Below, in pieces: positions 1 through 12,800 of a stretch of DNA of 64,000 bases. Below the pieces are notes generated by a model, which searched no databases, was not told the DNA's origin, and saw only the letters and a list, made by a program, of their open reading frames with translations. Position 1 is the first letter of the stretch. Each line of letters starts with the position of its first letter. Position numbers and translations under genes: made by a program. The DNA is taken from contig NW_019028996.1 of NCBI RefSeq assembly GCF_002105155.1, positions 496,001 to 560,000 of the forward strand, written 5' to 3'. The DNA is from Lobosporangium transversale. Lineage: Eukaryota.

Positions 1-404
1 GTGCAAAAAGTGCATTCAACGTTTCTCTCTTTTCTTTCTCTTTCTCGCCCGCTTGTCTACTCACTACTTTCCTTTTCCCATGTTGATCTTGCCGTATCCG
101 GCACAGATCTGGTGGTTTATGAAAGTTCACCAGTTAATTCCCCAACCAAGAATGCCAGTGTTGGTACAACCGAGCCTCAGTCGGTGCAGAAAATCTAGCC
201 AAAATTGGCCATAGATAGATTCAACATTAAGATAGACCTTGAATGATATAGCCCATTTGACTGCTCTGCTGGAACAGTTTTATTCTAAAAGTGGTTCTTT
301 CCGAATGTGTCTGTTTAATGCTTTTTTCTCTTCGTTTTTTTATTTAATTAAGAAGAGTGACAAAATAAAGACAATGAAAAAATAAGTCGTTGCTCTCTTT
401 TTCA

Positions 405-437
<33 letters not shown>

Positions 438-622
438 CAAAAAATAATTAAAAAAAAAAAAAAAAAATTATATATATATATATATATATATCCGTCATTT
501 AACGCTTTTTTACCATTTTTTTTCTTCTAATTTTGAGAGAACTTGGGTCGAGGAGTGAAAGGTTTATGAATGAATATTGGGGAAAGCTTTTTTCTTTTCT
601 TTTTTTATTATTTCATGATCCT

Positions 623-1451
623 TTAAACAGTGATCTTGAAAGGGAGAGTACCCTCCTCACGCTGCTCATCCCATTTGGAGACCTATATATAATTTCAGGA
701 GTAGAGAAATATACATGAGTGATATTGCTCGCAAAGGATGTGTGATCAGCGATATTTAACCTACACATGGGAAATCAATATATATATATACATACCCAGT
801 CATTGGGGCAGATGCTCTTGAAGACCTTGTAGAAATCCTTGCAGGGAGCAAAGTCCTCGCCACGAGCGTTGATGCACTTGTAATAATCACCATACGCCTG
901 CCAGCAGTGCTTGCTCTGGTTGGTGTTGGGGAAACGAGCGTCGAAAGGAGCTATATTGAATAAACACAACAAATAAAGTTCATAAAAAGAAAAAGAAAAA
1001 GAAAAAACAAAAGAAAAGGGTTACATCATTTGCTCCTTTCATTCTTTCTCTGCCTTATATGCTCTATGCATTACAACAGAACCGTGAAGTAAAGAATTGT
1101 GATATGAAGCAATTGAGAAAAGAACAAGAAGGCCGAAAGAGAAAAATAACACGGGAAACCAAAAGAAAATGAATAGTGGAGGATTAACAGTGCAAGACAG
1201 GTAGAACATGCGTTTGTATATGCGTATGGATGCGTGTATCTGTGTAGCGTGGTCTAATGTATTTCGCGACAACTCTATAGACGCCGTTGTTCCGATAGTA
1301 GCTTGAAACGCTTCCTGATCCGCGTTTGTTTTTTTTGATGTGATGGATCGCCTTTTTTTTTTTTTTTTTTTTTTTTCCTTCTTTTAAGTAGTATATGTCT
1401 GGAATCATAATACGCACCAGTCTCAATCTTGATCTCAGCGTTGTCAGACAT
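623..1451 (-). CDS. COX12: Cytochrome c oxidase subunit 6B (3 exons: 1451-1418, 950-796, 682-623)
   Basis: Spliced product MSDNAEIKIETAPFDARFPNTNQSKHCWQAYGDYYKCINARGEDFAPCKDFYKVFKSICPNDWVSKWDEQREEGTLPFKITV; COX6B Cys pattern; GT-AG introns keep frame. Confidence 0.96.
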
Positions 1452-2158
1452 GGCGAAGGATGATTGTTTGTTCCGTGGAAAGAAAGTGATTATCGGATTG
1501 ATTCAAAAATGGATGATGGAATAAAAAAGCGGGTCCGAAAACAGCCACTAAGAATGTTGATTGGCGCGCCGGTCAGTACAGCACAAGTCTCTCTCAAAAT
1601 ACGTCATAGAAGTGGCGTTTGGTGTCTTTCTTCCAAGGAGATGTTCCATTCTTGTCCGTCGACTGGAGAGTTGCAATGAATGAACCTGATAACATTGTAT
1701 GCGTTTAATACATATGCTTAAGCTGTCCAATCGCCAGCGATGAACAACTGTAGTCCTGTGCTTCTTTCTAACCATATGAGACCACAGTTATGGTACATAG
1801 AAATAGTGTCAGTTTTTCGATCTGTTTGATATATATTTTTTTACACATTAGATGATATGATAAATACGAACTGATGAACTGGCAATGCATAAAAATATTA
1901 TTGATGCAAGCGCTAGTGAGTCCATGCCAAGAAAGTATATCGAAAATCAGCAATAACCGTGTATCGAGCTAAATCATAGTACACAACGTTTATCTTTTAA
2001 TCTTTCACTTGCCTCTACCAACTCTCAACCTTTTACTCCTTCTACTCTAGGCCTAAAGATAAACAATACGCTACCTCTTTGCTAACTTCTTTTTCGCTAG
2101 AGGGATGTTATCGAGTCAGTCTTCAAACTGATCTAAAATGATTGTCATTCAAGACTAC

Positions 2159-2198
<40 letters not shown>

Positions 2199-2538
2199 CA
2201 TCGCTGGCTCAAGTCTTTATCTCAAACAGCAACAGTACTAGGTCAATTCTCACCGAGCACAGACTCCAGGACACAAAAGAGGCAAGGAATCAACTGAAAC
2301 AGCACGATGGAATAAAGATTGCTAAGCATGAGACGGCATATAGACATGTGGTTACGCGAGGAGTATCTGTGCTGGCGAAAGTTGGACTTTTCACAGTCCC
2401 CCACACAGTCAATCAGTTAGGTGCATTCCAGGCATCGTTGCCTGTTCTTTTTTGGTTGAGGATATAAATATTGATATTACTCATGTTATTCTTTAATTGA
2501 ATAATCCGTTCATTCCTAACTGCAACTATTGTATTTAG

Positions 2539-2792
2539 GAACTCAAAAACACATATCTCGTTGTTCCAGTGGCCGTTCGCAAAGACACGGACACTGATAT
2601 CCACCTTCCTACTCTGCAGTGATTTCGTGGTCACATCATGTGTACTCTCTACATACAGGCGAACATCTCTCGCTGCTGCAGATGCAAGCTCGCCGCTATG
2701 TCGGTTAGTTGGAGTTGGAAGTGTTAGCATAAAAAGTAGTGTTGGTATAGCTTCAAGGTTGTATGATAGGTACGACATGCTATAACTTACGG
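2539..2792 (-). pseudogene. Partial duplicate of 6385-6638 (one intron plus part of the nuclease-core exon of the 5785-8052 gene)
   Basis: Near-identical sequence; encodes GELASAAARDVRLYVES...RKVDISVRVFANGHWNNEICVFEF, then diverges. Confidence 0.85.
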
Positions 2793-3002
2793 AAATTGGC
2801 TTAATCCATTTAGTATTCTATTCCGTAGAAAAATATATTTTGTCCGGCCACTGTACATGTAGTAAAGGGCACCAGGGTTGTGTAAAGGTCAGCAGAGGAT
2901 AATCTAGATAAGAAAAAATAAAAATAAAAAATAAAAAATAAAAGTCAATTAGCATGGCATCACAGTTATGGTGGTCATTTGAATGTCACAAAGGAAGAAG
3001 GT

Positions 3003-3490
3003 GAGCATCCATCCTAAAGACTACCCCATGGGAACTCAATTGCTACCATGACAGGCGCCAGTAAGACCACACTCGTCGCAACTACTCAGGGACACCGTGC
3101 AGGACGTAACCCGACACCCAGGCCAAGAGTAACCGCATAGTGACAAGTGCGTTTTCAGCCCGAAAAGATGAGCATCCATCCTAAAGGCTACCCCATGGAA
3201 ACTCATTTGCTACCATGACAGGCGCCAGTAGGACCACACTCGTCGCAACTACTCAGGGACACCGTGCAGGACGTAACCTGACACCCAGGCCAAGAGTAAC
3301 CGCATAGTGACTAGTGTGTTTTCAGCCCGAAAAGCAGAAATCCATCCTAAAGGCTACCCCATGGAAACTCAATTGCTACCATGACAGGCGCCAGTAGGAC
3401 CACACTCGTCGCAACTACTCAGGGACACCGTGCAGGACGTAACCTGACACCCAGGCCAAGAGTAACCGCATAGTGACAAGTGTGTTTTCA
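3003..3490. repeat. Tandem repeat, about 3 copies of a 166-167 bp unit
   Basis: ATCCTAAAG anchor at 3011, 3178 and 3344; units nearly identical except for a short variable junction. Confidence 0.95.
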
Positions 3491-4339
3491 TTCGCCGAAA
3501 AAGAATAGGGAATGTGGAAGTAAAGTGATGAACGAAATAAACAATAAAATGTCGCGTCATTCATTCATATGATGTTCTGTCTCGTGGCTTTGAAATCATC
3601 AGCAATCTAAGCTGGAAGCGATTTTGAGAACAAGCACGTGCTTGTTAATTTTTTAAATTTGAAAAAATTTCTAAGTCGAACACCGCAGGAAAGGCTCTTT
3701 TTTTTATTTCAAAGTCATTTACACCACAGAGAATAGCTTTTTTTTCTTTTTTATTTATTTCTTTTAATTTCTCTATATTTTTTAAAGATGAGAATGATGA
3801 GAGGTAAATTTCGTAGTGATAATCGGATGAATAAATGAGACTGTGAAATAAGAGCAAGAAAAACAGTAGAGTGATTCACACGAAGGTCATTTACCTGTGA
3901 TCTGGACTTTGCTTGAAAAAAAATGACTTAAAAAAAAAGTTTGGACAGAGAAAAAAAAAGCTATCCCCTGTGATGTAAATGACTTGGAAAAAAAAAAAAA
4001 AAAAAAAGAGTGTGTTTGACTTGGAAATTTTTTCAAATTTAAAAAAGAGACCTCCAGCCAAAATGTCAAGTTTGGCTTGATCTGTAAAAAGTCGACAGAA
4101 GAATGGAGTTTGCTCGAGCGTAAATTCGCCAGGTTAATCTAATAGAATAAGGGATGCTGTACCAAGGACGCAACAGGATATTTTCATGCTAGGCTACACC
4201 ATACTGACACTTGTAAACTGGCGGTGTATTGAACCAGTCAAGCCCATTGGCGAAAAAAAAAAAAAAAAAAAAAAAATTAACTGGCTTTGGTGTACCGGTG
4301 AAAAAAAATGCACTAGAATTTATGTAGTATCTACAAATG

Positions 4340-5640
4340 ATCTCTAATACTAAATTTGTTGTGCAGCGTGATCATGATGGCAACGTATTGCTACAGGAGA
4401 TAGCCATATCAAGCAAGCAAACGAAAAGGATGAAAAATGTCTGTAGTTCTAAGAGCTTTGAGCAAGCTTTATCACAGAAATCGACTGCAGCTCCTTCAAG
4501 ACCTTGCAAAAGGAATGAATCTACAGAGGGCATGCTACTCGTAATAGACTAAAGGCATACTTTTGCTTTTGCTTATATTTTATGACCCCAATCAACCCCG
4601 CAAGTACTTTAAACGTAATAAGCACTAATGTAAGTTAAATGCAGCAGTTGCTTGGTCCAATCACCATTTAAGTTGAAGATAACGTCGATTATATCCTTAA
4701 CGTGGAACAGAGGGCCAAGCCTGTCGCTCTTTTAGTTAGGCCTTTTCAAATATAAATGGTTACTTAACAAAATTCTTATAATTGAAAGAGACCAACCAAA
4801 AAGAGCGACAAGCTTCCTCTGACGTGTAGGACAAATGGACTTGAGTCACTGATTATGGCTCTGTAAATTCGTCAGACTTGCATGAAATGGATAGCTCAAA
4901 ATATGGTATATTTGCTCTTACTGAATGTTTATTTGTGAACCCCCCTTCCTATATTTAATGGACAATTTTGGTTAATGAATATCAAGGACTGCATTGTGAT
5001 TTGGAGATTTGAAAATATCGGAACCTGCGGACATAATGTAAGGATAGACATCTTGGAAATACCATCTAAAATCGAATCTGGATGTAAATCAAACATTTTC
5101 CTTTTATCTTCACTTTCGATAGATTAATGGACGGTACATTTGCCCCATGGAACCCAACGGAGAGGATGGTCAGGGTTTTCGACCTGATTTAATAAGGGTA
5201 AGGAACCTCGAAGAAAAAAAAACTCAAGACTCATATTCGCTACTTTCTTCATCTATAGCTCCAAATAAATGACGATGCACAGAATGTAGCACAAGTTCTT
5301 AATGAATTAACGGACTCGAAGCTTTAGACTCTGTTTCGACATTTGTAAGTAGAAATGTATGCTATCATTACTATGATCACTATCCAAATTTCTTTCTTTT
5401 TTTTTATTATATATTCTTCATTTTCTTCATATATATTTTGACTTGTCCAGGTCATGGTCAGTACGTAAGAAGTTGGTCCCAGAAAGGTTCACGGATTCTG
5501 GCACAAAGGAGCGTCTGAAGATGTGTCAGGCCTGTCTCCCAGCCGTTTCTAGCAAAAATCTGTTAAATCACACCAGATCTAGCCAGCTTTTTATGATAGC
5601 GATTCTACATTTGTTTTGTAATTTTCAGAAGCATTGATAT
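4340..5640 (+). pseudogene. Possible decayed intron-containing gene
   Basis: Exon-like blocks bounded by YAG acceptors and GTAAG donors (e.g. about 5259-5344, and from 5452) with in-frame stops; no family recognised. Confidence 0.25.
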
Positions 5641-5784
5641 AGACTCATATAGCGTACACGACGATTTCAATTACTACTAACCGTGGGACAGCCAGAAATA
5701 AAGAACCCTCTCTTTGTCCTATTGAACTTTAGTTCCATATTACATAGTAAGTTATATCAATTAGGTTAAAACATTGCAACCCCA

Positions 5785-8052
5785 TTATATTGAAATATGA
5801 CTATAAATCAAATCTTCCTCCTCATCTTGATCTTCGACTTCCTCTTCGTCAGCTTCATCAGTCCGCTTCCTCTTATTGTGCTTTGATGGGGTGAACACAG
5901 CAAAGGGCTTCGTATACCGGAGAGGAGGAGTTGTTGGTAAAGGAGGGAGTGGGATGGAGGACAAAGTTTCCTGCACATGCACGGCATATCGAGATGTGTG
6001 ATCCTAAATACCAGGAAATGAATCATTGTCAATGCAAGGATCAAGGTTGCATCGCCCCTGCATACCAACATAAATACTAATCACAGAACTTACGGCGAAC
6101 TTCAGCAGAACCTGCATTGAGTTGGATTTGAGGAACTGCTTCAGCTGAACTAAGTCTGCAGGGATCCAAACCACGTTGTTGGTGGATTTGCCGGCGGCGA
6201 TAATGTTTCCATGCCGCTTCAACGTGTAGAAGTTGAGGCATAATCCCCGTCCCTCCGCAATAATAGGGTAGTGTTTGCACGTATCCACTCCTTTGAGCTC
6301 CAAGTCGTGCAAAATGGCTGTATTAAGGCGCACTGCTTTGAGCTGCTGCTTCGCGCAAACCGACTCAGATGCTGTGCCGACCTTGAACTCAAAAATACAA
6401 ATCTCATTGTTCCAGTGCCCGTTCGCAAAGACACGGACACTGATGTCCACCTTTCTACCCTGTAGAGATTTTGTGGTCACACCATGTGTACTCTCTACAT
6501 ACAGGCGAACATCTCTCGCTGCTGCAGATGCAAGCTCGCCGCTATGTCGGTTAGTTGGAGTTGGAAGTGTTAGCATAAAAAGTAGTGTTGGTATAGCTTT
6601 AAGTATGTATGATAGGTACGACATGCTATAACTTACGGTATACCACGCACCACCTGTCCTCCAAATAGCACCGCCAGAATGTGTGCCCACACTGATACGA
6701 CAACATGTTCTGTCATTGGAGGGGAAAGCTGATTGGTAGAGATGAGCGTACAAATATAATCGACTATCTGCAGTACTGCCATTCTTTGCCTCATGTCCCT
6801 GGTTGTGGGTGAGGTAGGACCAAGTCCCCCAAGCATGCTCCAGACCTTAGTCCGCAAACTCCACATATTTAACGGTGCGAGAGAGTCCTCTTTGTATCCA
6901 GGACAATATGTCTCCAACAGCTCACTCATCAACTCCGTGATAGCATCATCCTTTTCATCTAGAGCCGCTACCACGGAGTCATCTTTGAGGGCCGAAGCGA
7001 AAGTGAACGCCCGCGTGGAAGGCGAGACTGTGTTTACAATTCCACTTAAGGCCACCCTATCGTCCAGCAGAAGCCAACAGGCTATGGTTAGGCCTAAATA
7101 ATGAACCATATGCTCATACACATTTAATTTATTTACTTACAAAACTTCTTTATCCACATGATATGCCCGGTTCCTGCTCCTGTTGTGATCTCTTGACATT
7201 AGAGTATTATGGGCGTATAGGTAGAGTTCCTTGTACTCCTGGCAGATAAAGTTGTGGGGAACAGGCGGTAACGCAGCGTTTTGACCTTGCACCTAATATC
7301 AATGCGGATATCAGGTTAGAAATACATATATAAACCATGGTGAGACATGGTATTCACAATGGCAGCTTGGAAACGATTTCTTACTTTTTTATACAAATAC
7401 TCCAACAACGGCAAAAATGGAGATAGCTTTGAGCCGGCAACGATCTCCTTAAGGTCATCTAGTTCCTCTAAAAAGCCGACAAGATGTGAGCTGTTGGACT
7501 CTGTCATTTAATCAGAACTACACCGGTTTGCTTACCATTATCGCTAATGGGCTCAATGTCCTGAGAATCTTCTGAAAGTACACCAGCATCAATGTCGTCA
7601 GAAACTTTGGTCCTCGTGCCCTCATCTCTACGCTGGCTATCAACCATATAGTCCTTCAGCCTATGCCTGTCTATGTGTCGCTGAAGGTTTGGTCCTACTT
7701 GCTCGAGACCTGCTTCTTGCACTTTTACGGAGGCATTGCTAATAGTCAACTTTGAACTTTTGTTCAAGAGTCGTCTGGACCAAAATATGTCGTCAGTGTT
7801 GTTCTTGAAGTGCTCGTAGTCCGAATTCAATATTTTCAAGCGTGCTTTTGCTATTTTGCCACTATTAAGTAGGTTGGTGTAGGCCTGATGCGCATCCGCC
7901 TTGTCATAGAATCTGAATTTTACTACAAAGTTTGGGAATGAGACGTGCTCTTCGTTTCTTCGTTCGAGAGCCCAACTCAGGTGCTTCTCGAGAGCGCTTA
8001 ATAAAGCAACCGCTGGTTTCTGTGGCATGGCATTGACTTGTTTTGACAGCAT
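5785..8052 (-). CDS. Putative PD-(D/E)xK restriction-endonuclease-fold protein of the expanded Crinkler-like/REase gene families (about 6 exons)
   Basis: Exons join in frame (e.g. introns 6636-6542 and about 6091-6004); motif E..S(n)GRKVD(n)EICIFEFK(n)QQLKAVRLNTAIL resembles the catalytic D...ExK of this fold. Confidence 0.7.
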
Positions 8053-8776
8053 GATTGGGGTTTAATTGTTGTTGACTTAGAATTTGAATATGTTGAGAGA
8101 AGATTGATTCCACTTTGAGCACAACCCTGAAATTTTTTGATGGAGCGCTCAAAAAGGAAAAGCTATATTTTCTTAATTAGAATAGCAAATCAATTCAATC
8201 CGCACGAATGGCTAAAATTCGTCGATTGAATTGGGCTAACTATTTTAAAAATATAACCTTTCCTTTAATTATGTTAATACGTCTCCTTTGCCACTGTTCT
8301 ATTCGAAAATAAAATCTTGGTATCAAAAAGACCTGTGCACACAATACATGGTAATCAAATGATACAATTGGAAGATGATGCTTTTGAACACATTCCTTCA
8401 CAAATAAGATGGAATCTCTTGGATTGTCGTACTGCTTCACCTGAAGTAAGTCGAGCGCATCTGCTTAATTAGGCCGAGTAATTACTTCACGTCCAGTGAC
8501 AATCAAGTAGATAGAGTCGTGTACACCATGTTCTTGTGTCTCGAGTCTAAGTTTTTTTTTTTTTTTTTTTTTTTTTTGGCAAGTCTGCTTTTCCCATCTA
8601 GAATTCACAAATGTTTATAAACTGGTGTTTATTTTTTCTGATGATGATAGGAAAACACAATCTGCAATGCTTGGTCGACAAATAAAAAGAAGGTTTAACT
8701 AACATGTCGCCGGGGGGGTTTAATGCATAGCCGATTAAATCCCATTCTTCTGTTTTTATTCAAAAAGAAAGGAGCT

Positions 8777-9571
8777 TTAAATAAAGAGCATCTGAAGAAG
8801 ACTTGGTGCCAATAGACAAAGAGCTATCCATTTCACATCTTTTTCCATGGGTCTCACCAAACCTGTAGCAGCATTGGACTTCGTGTTAGTTGGTGGAGGC
8901 GTCAGTCCATCATTACCTGTTGGCGAACCCCTGGATGTGGTTTTAGTCGTAACAGTTGCCGTTGTAGATGATCCAGGATTGATTGTAGGTAATGTCGGTC
9001 CTGCTTCTCCCAAGATACATCCACCCTGCGGTACCGTCACTTCCAAGCAGTTTTCGTCCGTCACAGGTGATCCCAACGACATTTCCTGTACACAATGCGC
9101 TACGCTCGTGGATGGCTGGTACCCATAATACACTCCTGTCTTTTCTCCTGCATGACCGTTATACGAGTCGTACCCAATGCATCCCAATGCGTACTGACAT
9201 TTTCCAGGACTCGTACAACAAATTGTGTTTCCACCACCGTTTGTCCCAAACGCTGGCATGCAGGATGTGGAACTTAAGAAGCTGGGCAACTGAGCTGGAC
9301 AACAGGGCAATGACCGTGTCGCTTTCAGAACGCCCTCTTGATAGCAGGTCAAATAGTTTTGCCCATAGTTATCCCACCGACAAGCATAGCGGGAGTTACC
9401 CACAGTACAACCTAGATAACCAAAGGGGCACTTGCCATTGTAATTCTCACACACCCCTGATTCCGTACAACAGTAATTCATAGAAACTTGGTTATATCGT
9501 GTGGTGTTGGTAGCAAAGTTCTGCACAACGTCGTCGACCCATGGAAAGTTACAGGAAGAGTACAGTCCCAT
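8777..9571 (-). CDS. Cys-rich protein with Ser/Thr stalk and GPI-anchor-like C-terminus; single exon
   Basis: ATG in AAAAAAATGG context; many Cys including CC pairs; T/S/P-rich linker; ends KSNAATG...WIALCLLAPSLLQMLFI; no signal peptide at this ATG. Confidence 0.75.
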   Translation of the reverse strand: MGLYSSCNFPWVDDVVQNFATNTTRYNQVSMNYCCTESGVCENYNGKCPFGYLGCTVGNSRYACRWDNYGQNYLTCYQEGVLKATRSLPCCPAQLPSFLSSTSCMPAFGTNGGGNTICCTSPGKCQYALGCIGYDSYNGHAGEKTGVYYGYQPSTSVAHCVQEMSLGSPVTDENCLEVTVPQGGCILGEAGPTLPTINPGSSTTATVTTKTTSRGSPTGNDGLTPPPTNTKSNAATGLVRPMEKDVKWIALCLLAPSLLQMLFI

Positions 9572-9840
9572 TTTTTTGGTGTAAGAACCAAGAGAATCAA
9601 ATTTAGGGGGAAAAAATAAAGTAGACGGGAATGAAAATGATAGTGAAGTTTGAGGGTGATGGCGGTAAAGAAGGTGAAGAAAAAAAAGAGAAGCAAAAAG
9701 CAAAAGATAAAAAGATAAGCGAAAGGAGTAAAATAAGGGTGCTCTTCGCAAATGACAACAATTATGAGAGCTATGACAAGTTTTCTTCTCAGACACTGAA
9801 GTAAAATTATTATTGTATATGAATATGTTGTTTTGCATTG

Positions 9841-12800
9841 CTATGGATCAAAAAGCAGTCTGCGACGAGGAGGAATTCGATCATGGGCACTGTCCCGCTT
9901 AATCAGCTTGAAAAGACCAGTTCCAATCGACATAGGAATACCCATGATGATGCACTCGGATACTCCCTCAATCGCATCCTTTTTAGAATACAGCGCCGCC
10001 TCAAACAAGTGATCGGTCGTCTTTTCAAACGACGCCAGCATCATCACACTGTCCTTCATCTTGGCAATACCAAAACGCGTAATACCCAGTACCTCTCCCT
10101 TTGATGTCATAATATCTCCCAACAACATAACGTGACGCGGATCAATGGTCAGTCCATGAGAGTCCATGACACTCTTAATCTCGTCCAAGATAGTACGTCT
10201 TGCAGCTTCAATACCCAATACTTTCCATACCTCCATAACGTGATTGGAGCGTGTTTGAGTTCCAACTACTCCTTCTGTATTCATTAACTCACGTAGACCA
10301 TAGCCCTCCACAAGCAGTTCCTTCTTACCACCACTTCCCTGGATTTCGTTAATGACTGCACGGTTAACTTGAGGAAGGCCTTTGATAATAATCTCAGGCA
10401 GGGCTCTCTTAAGTTTCTTAATTGAGTAATAAAGTCCTGCAGGATCTTTGGACTGTACATAAATACGTAGACGGTCGGGTTTATGAGACTGCACGTTATT
10501 AGTTCCGATCTTGAGTTTTGGTTCCAATCCAATGGCCTTTGCAACTTCATCCAGGTCAGTTTCAAGCTGTAAACGACGTATTGCCTCCATATCCAGACGA
10601 ACTCCAATGTAACATTCATCAGGCTTGTAGACCTCTTCAATGAACTCTGCAATGTCCCCAAGCATGGTTTTTTCGATTCTTCCCTTGACGATACGTGCAG
10701 CTTTGACATCTGTGTTATTAACTAGACGTGTTGTAATAATTGGTGTGGCAATAGCCTTCGCGGCGTTGATGATTTCCCTGATACGTGGCACTCCCAGTGT
10801 GATGTTCATAGATGCGACACCAGCAAAATGGAACGTCTTCAGCGTCATCTGTGTGCCAGGCTCTCCAATGGACTGCGCTCCGACAGCACCCACGGCTGAC
10901 GCAGGTTCGATCTTGGCCTTCATGAATTTGTCCCAGCAAACATACATGAAGCGTTCCATTTGGCGTTCCGTAACAGTGAGTTTATTGTTGACAATCCTCT
11001 TGACCTCTTCCGGCTCCTCTTCGTCAATGTCCATATCCTCATACTCCTCGCCGGGGTTATGTTCTCCTGACATCATACCGTAAGCTTCGCGAATAATCTT
11101 GAGCTTTCCCGCAATATGTGTCTTAACAAATGTTACTACAGCCAAAATAAACTCCTTGGAGCAGTTCTTAGCCCAGCGTGATGACGCTACCTCCTTCTCA
11201 GCATACTCATTGATCTGCCAGGGTAGCAGCTTCTTGTCGTCCTCTGTTGGGGGTAACATGTGAAGAGTACTGACAAAGTTACGGTCAAATAAAACAGGTA
11301 TACCGTTGCCTTCAAGTACTGCAGGGTCAAGGCCGTCGCTTCCATAAGTGAATTGAATAATGGCCCCCACAGAGTTTCGCACCGAAAGATCGTAATGTGT
11401 AGTCAGATCTTCCAAAGCCTTCATAAGACGACGCTGCATGTAGCCGGTTTCGGCGGTTTTTACAGCTGTGTCAACTAGACCTTCACGACCAGAGACAGCG
11501 TGGAAAAAGAACTCAGTAGGTGTCAACCCGCTGTAGAAACTGTTGCGAACGAAACCCTTGGCCGGAGGAACCTTGGAATTTTTCAAGAAATGAGGTAAGG
11601 ATCTATCTTGGAAACCATTTGGAATACGTTTACCACTGATAATTTGTTGACCGACACAAGCAACCATCTGAGACACGTTGATCTTAGAACCTATCCACCA
11701 CAATAAGACGCACGAAAAAAAAAAAAAAAAAAAAAAAAAAATTAGTGTGGCTGACAATCAGAAAATAGATTCGAAATGACATTGGAGAAGCCAACTTGCC
11801 TTTAGAGCCACATGTCGCCATGATCAACGGTGAGTTGTACTTGTTGAGCTCTGTTAGACATATATCTCCAACTTTGTCACGGACCTGCGACAGCTCTCCA
11901 GAAATCAGGGCCTCGAGAGTCTGTTCAATATCGCATCCAGGTTGATTTTCCAACTGACCATTGAGTGAACGATGAATCAAGTCATCGCAGTGAGCATAGG
12001 CGTTCTTGACAAGCTCATCCTTCTTGGATGCCAAAATTTCACCAGGCTGGACATCATTAATACCAATCGAGAATCCAACGGTCCCCAACCAGCGAGCGCA
12101 GAGCTTAGCAAGTCGGTTCATGCATTTTGCCGCCTCAATGGAGCCATAGTCGCGCATGACAATGTAGAATAGCGAGCTTTTGTTGCCATCTCCAACAATT
12201 GACTTGTCCAAAACGCCGCACATGATTTCACTATTATGTATCACAAGGTAGCCGTCATTCCTACACATGTCCATGACAGGACGCTTGACCTTGTCATATG
12301 AGCGAGTCTTCGCCTCCAAATTGACTAATACTTTTGACTCCTTATTAGGTTTGAGTAAGACGCTGATTATTTGTTTACCCGTCCATCGTTGTGCTGGTTT
12401 CAAGATTGCAGGTGGTGGAATATCAATTTTCAGTTCTGCATCCCCCAAGTATGAGCAAATCTGAACAAACTGTGAGCGATCGAAAAATAGATCTTTTTGA
12501 GTAATGAGATATGATGCAGTGATGAAATCCTGGATTGCCGCAATAAGAGGGGTCCCGTTTCTAGGAGTAACCAAGTTATTTTTGACGCCCATCAACTCGA
12601 TAGCTTCAGTCCTAGCTTCCTCCGTCTGTGGAACGTGCAAGTTCATCTCATCTCCGTCAAAATCAGCGTTATAGGGGTTGCAGACACATTCATTGAATCG
12701 GAATGTACGCCATGGCCGAATTTTTGCATAATGAGCCATGATAGAAAGCTTGTGAAGTGAAGGCTGACGATTGAATAGGACGACATCACCGTCATTAAGA

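Noticed and set aside
3003..3490. CRISPR-like array or hammerhead retrozyme
   Set aside because: Units are near-identical with no unique spacers; no CTGANGA...GAAA core on either strand; no cas genes
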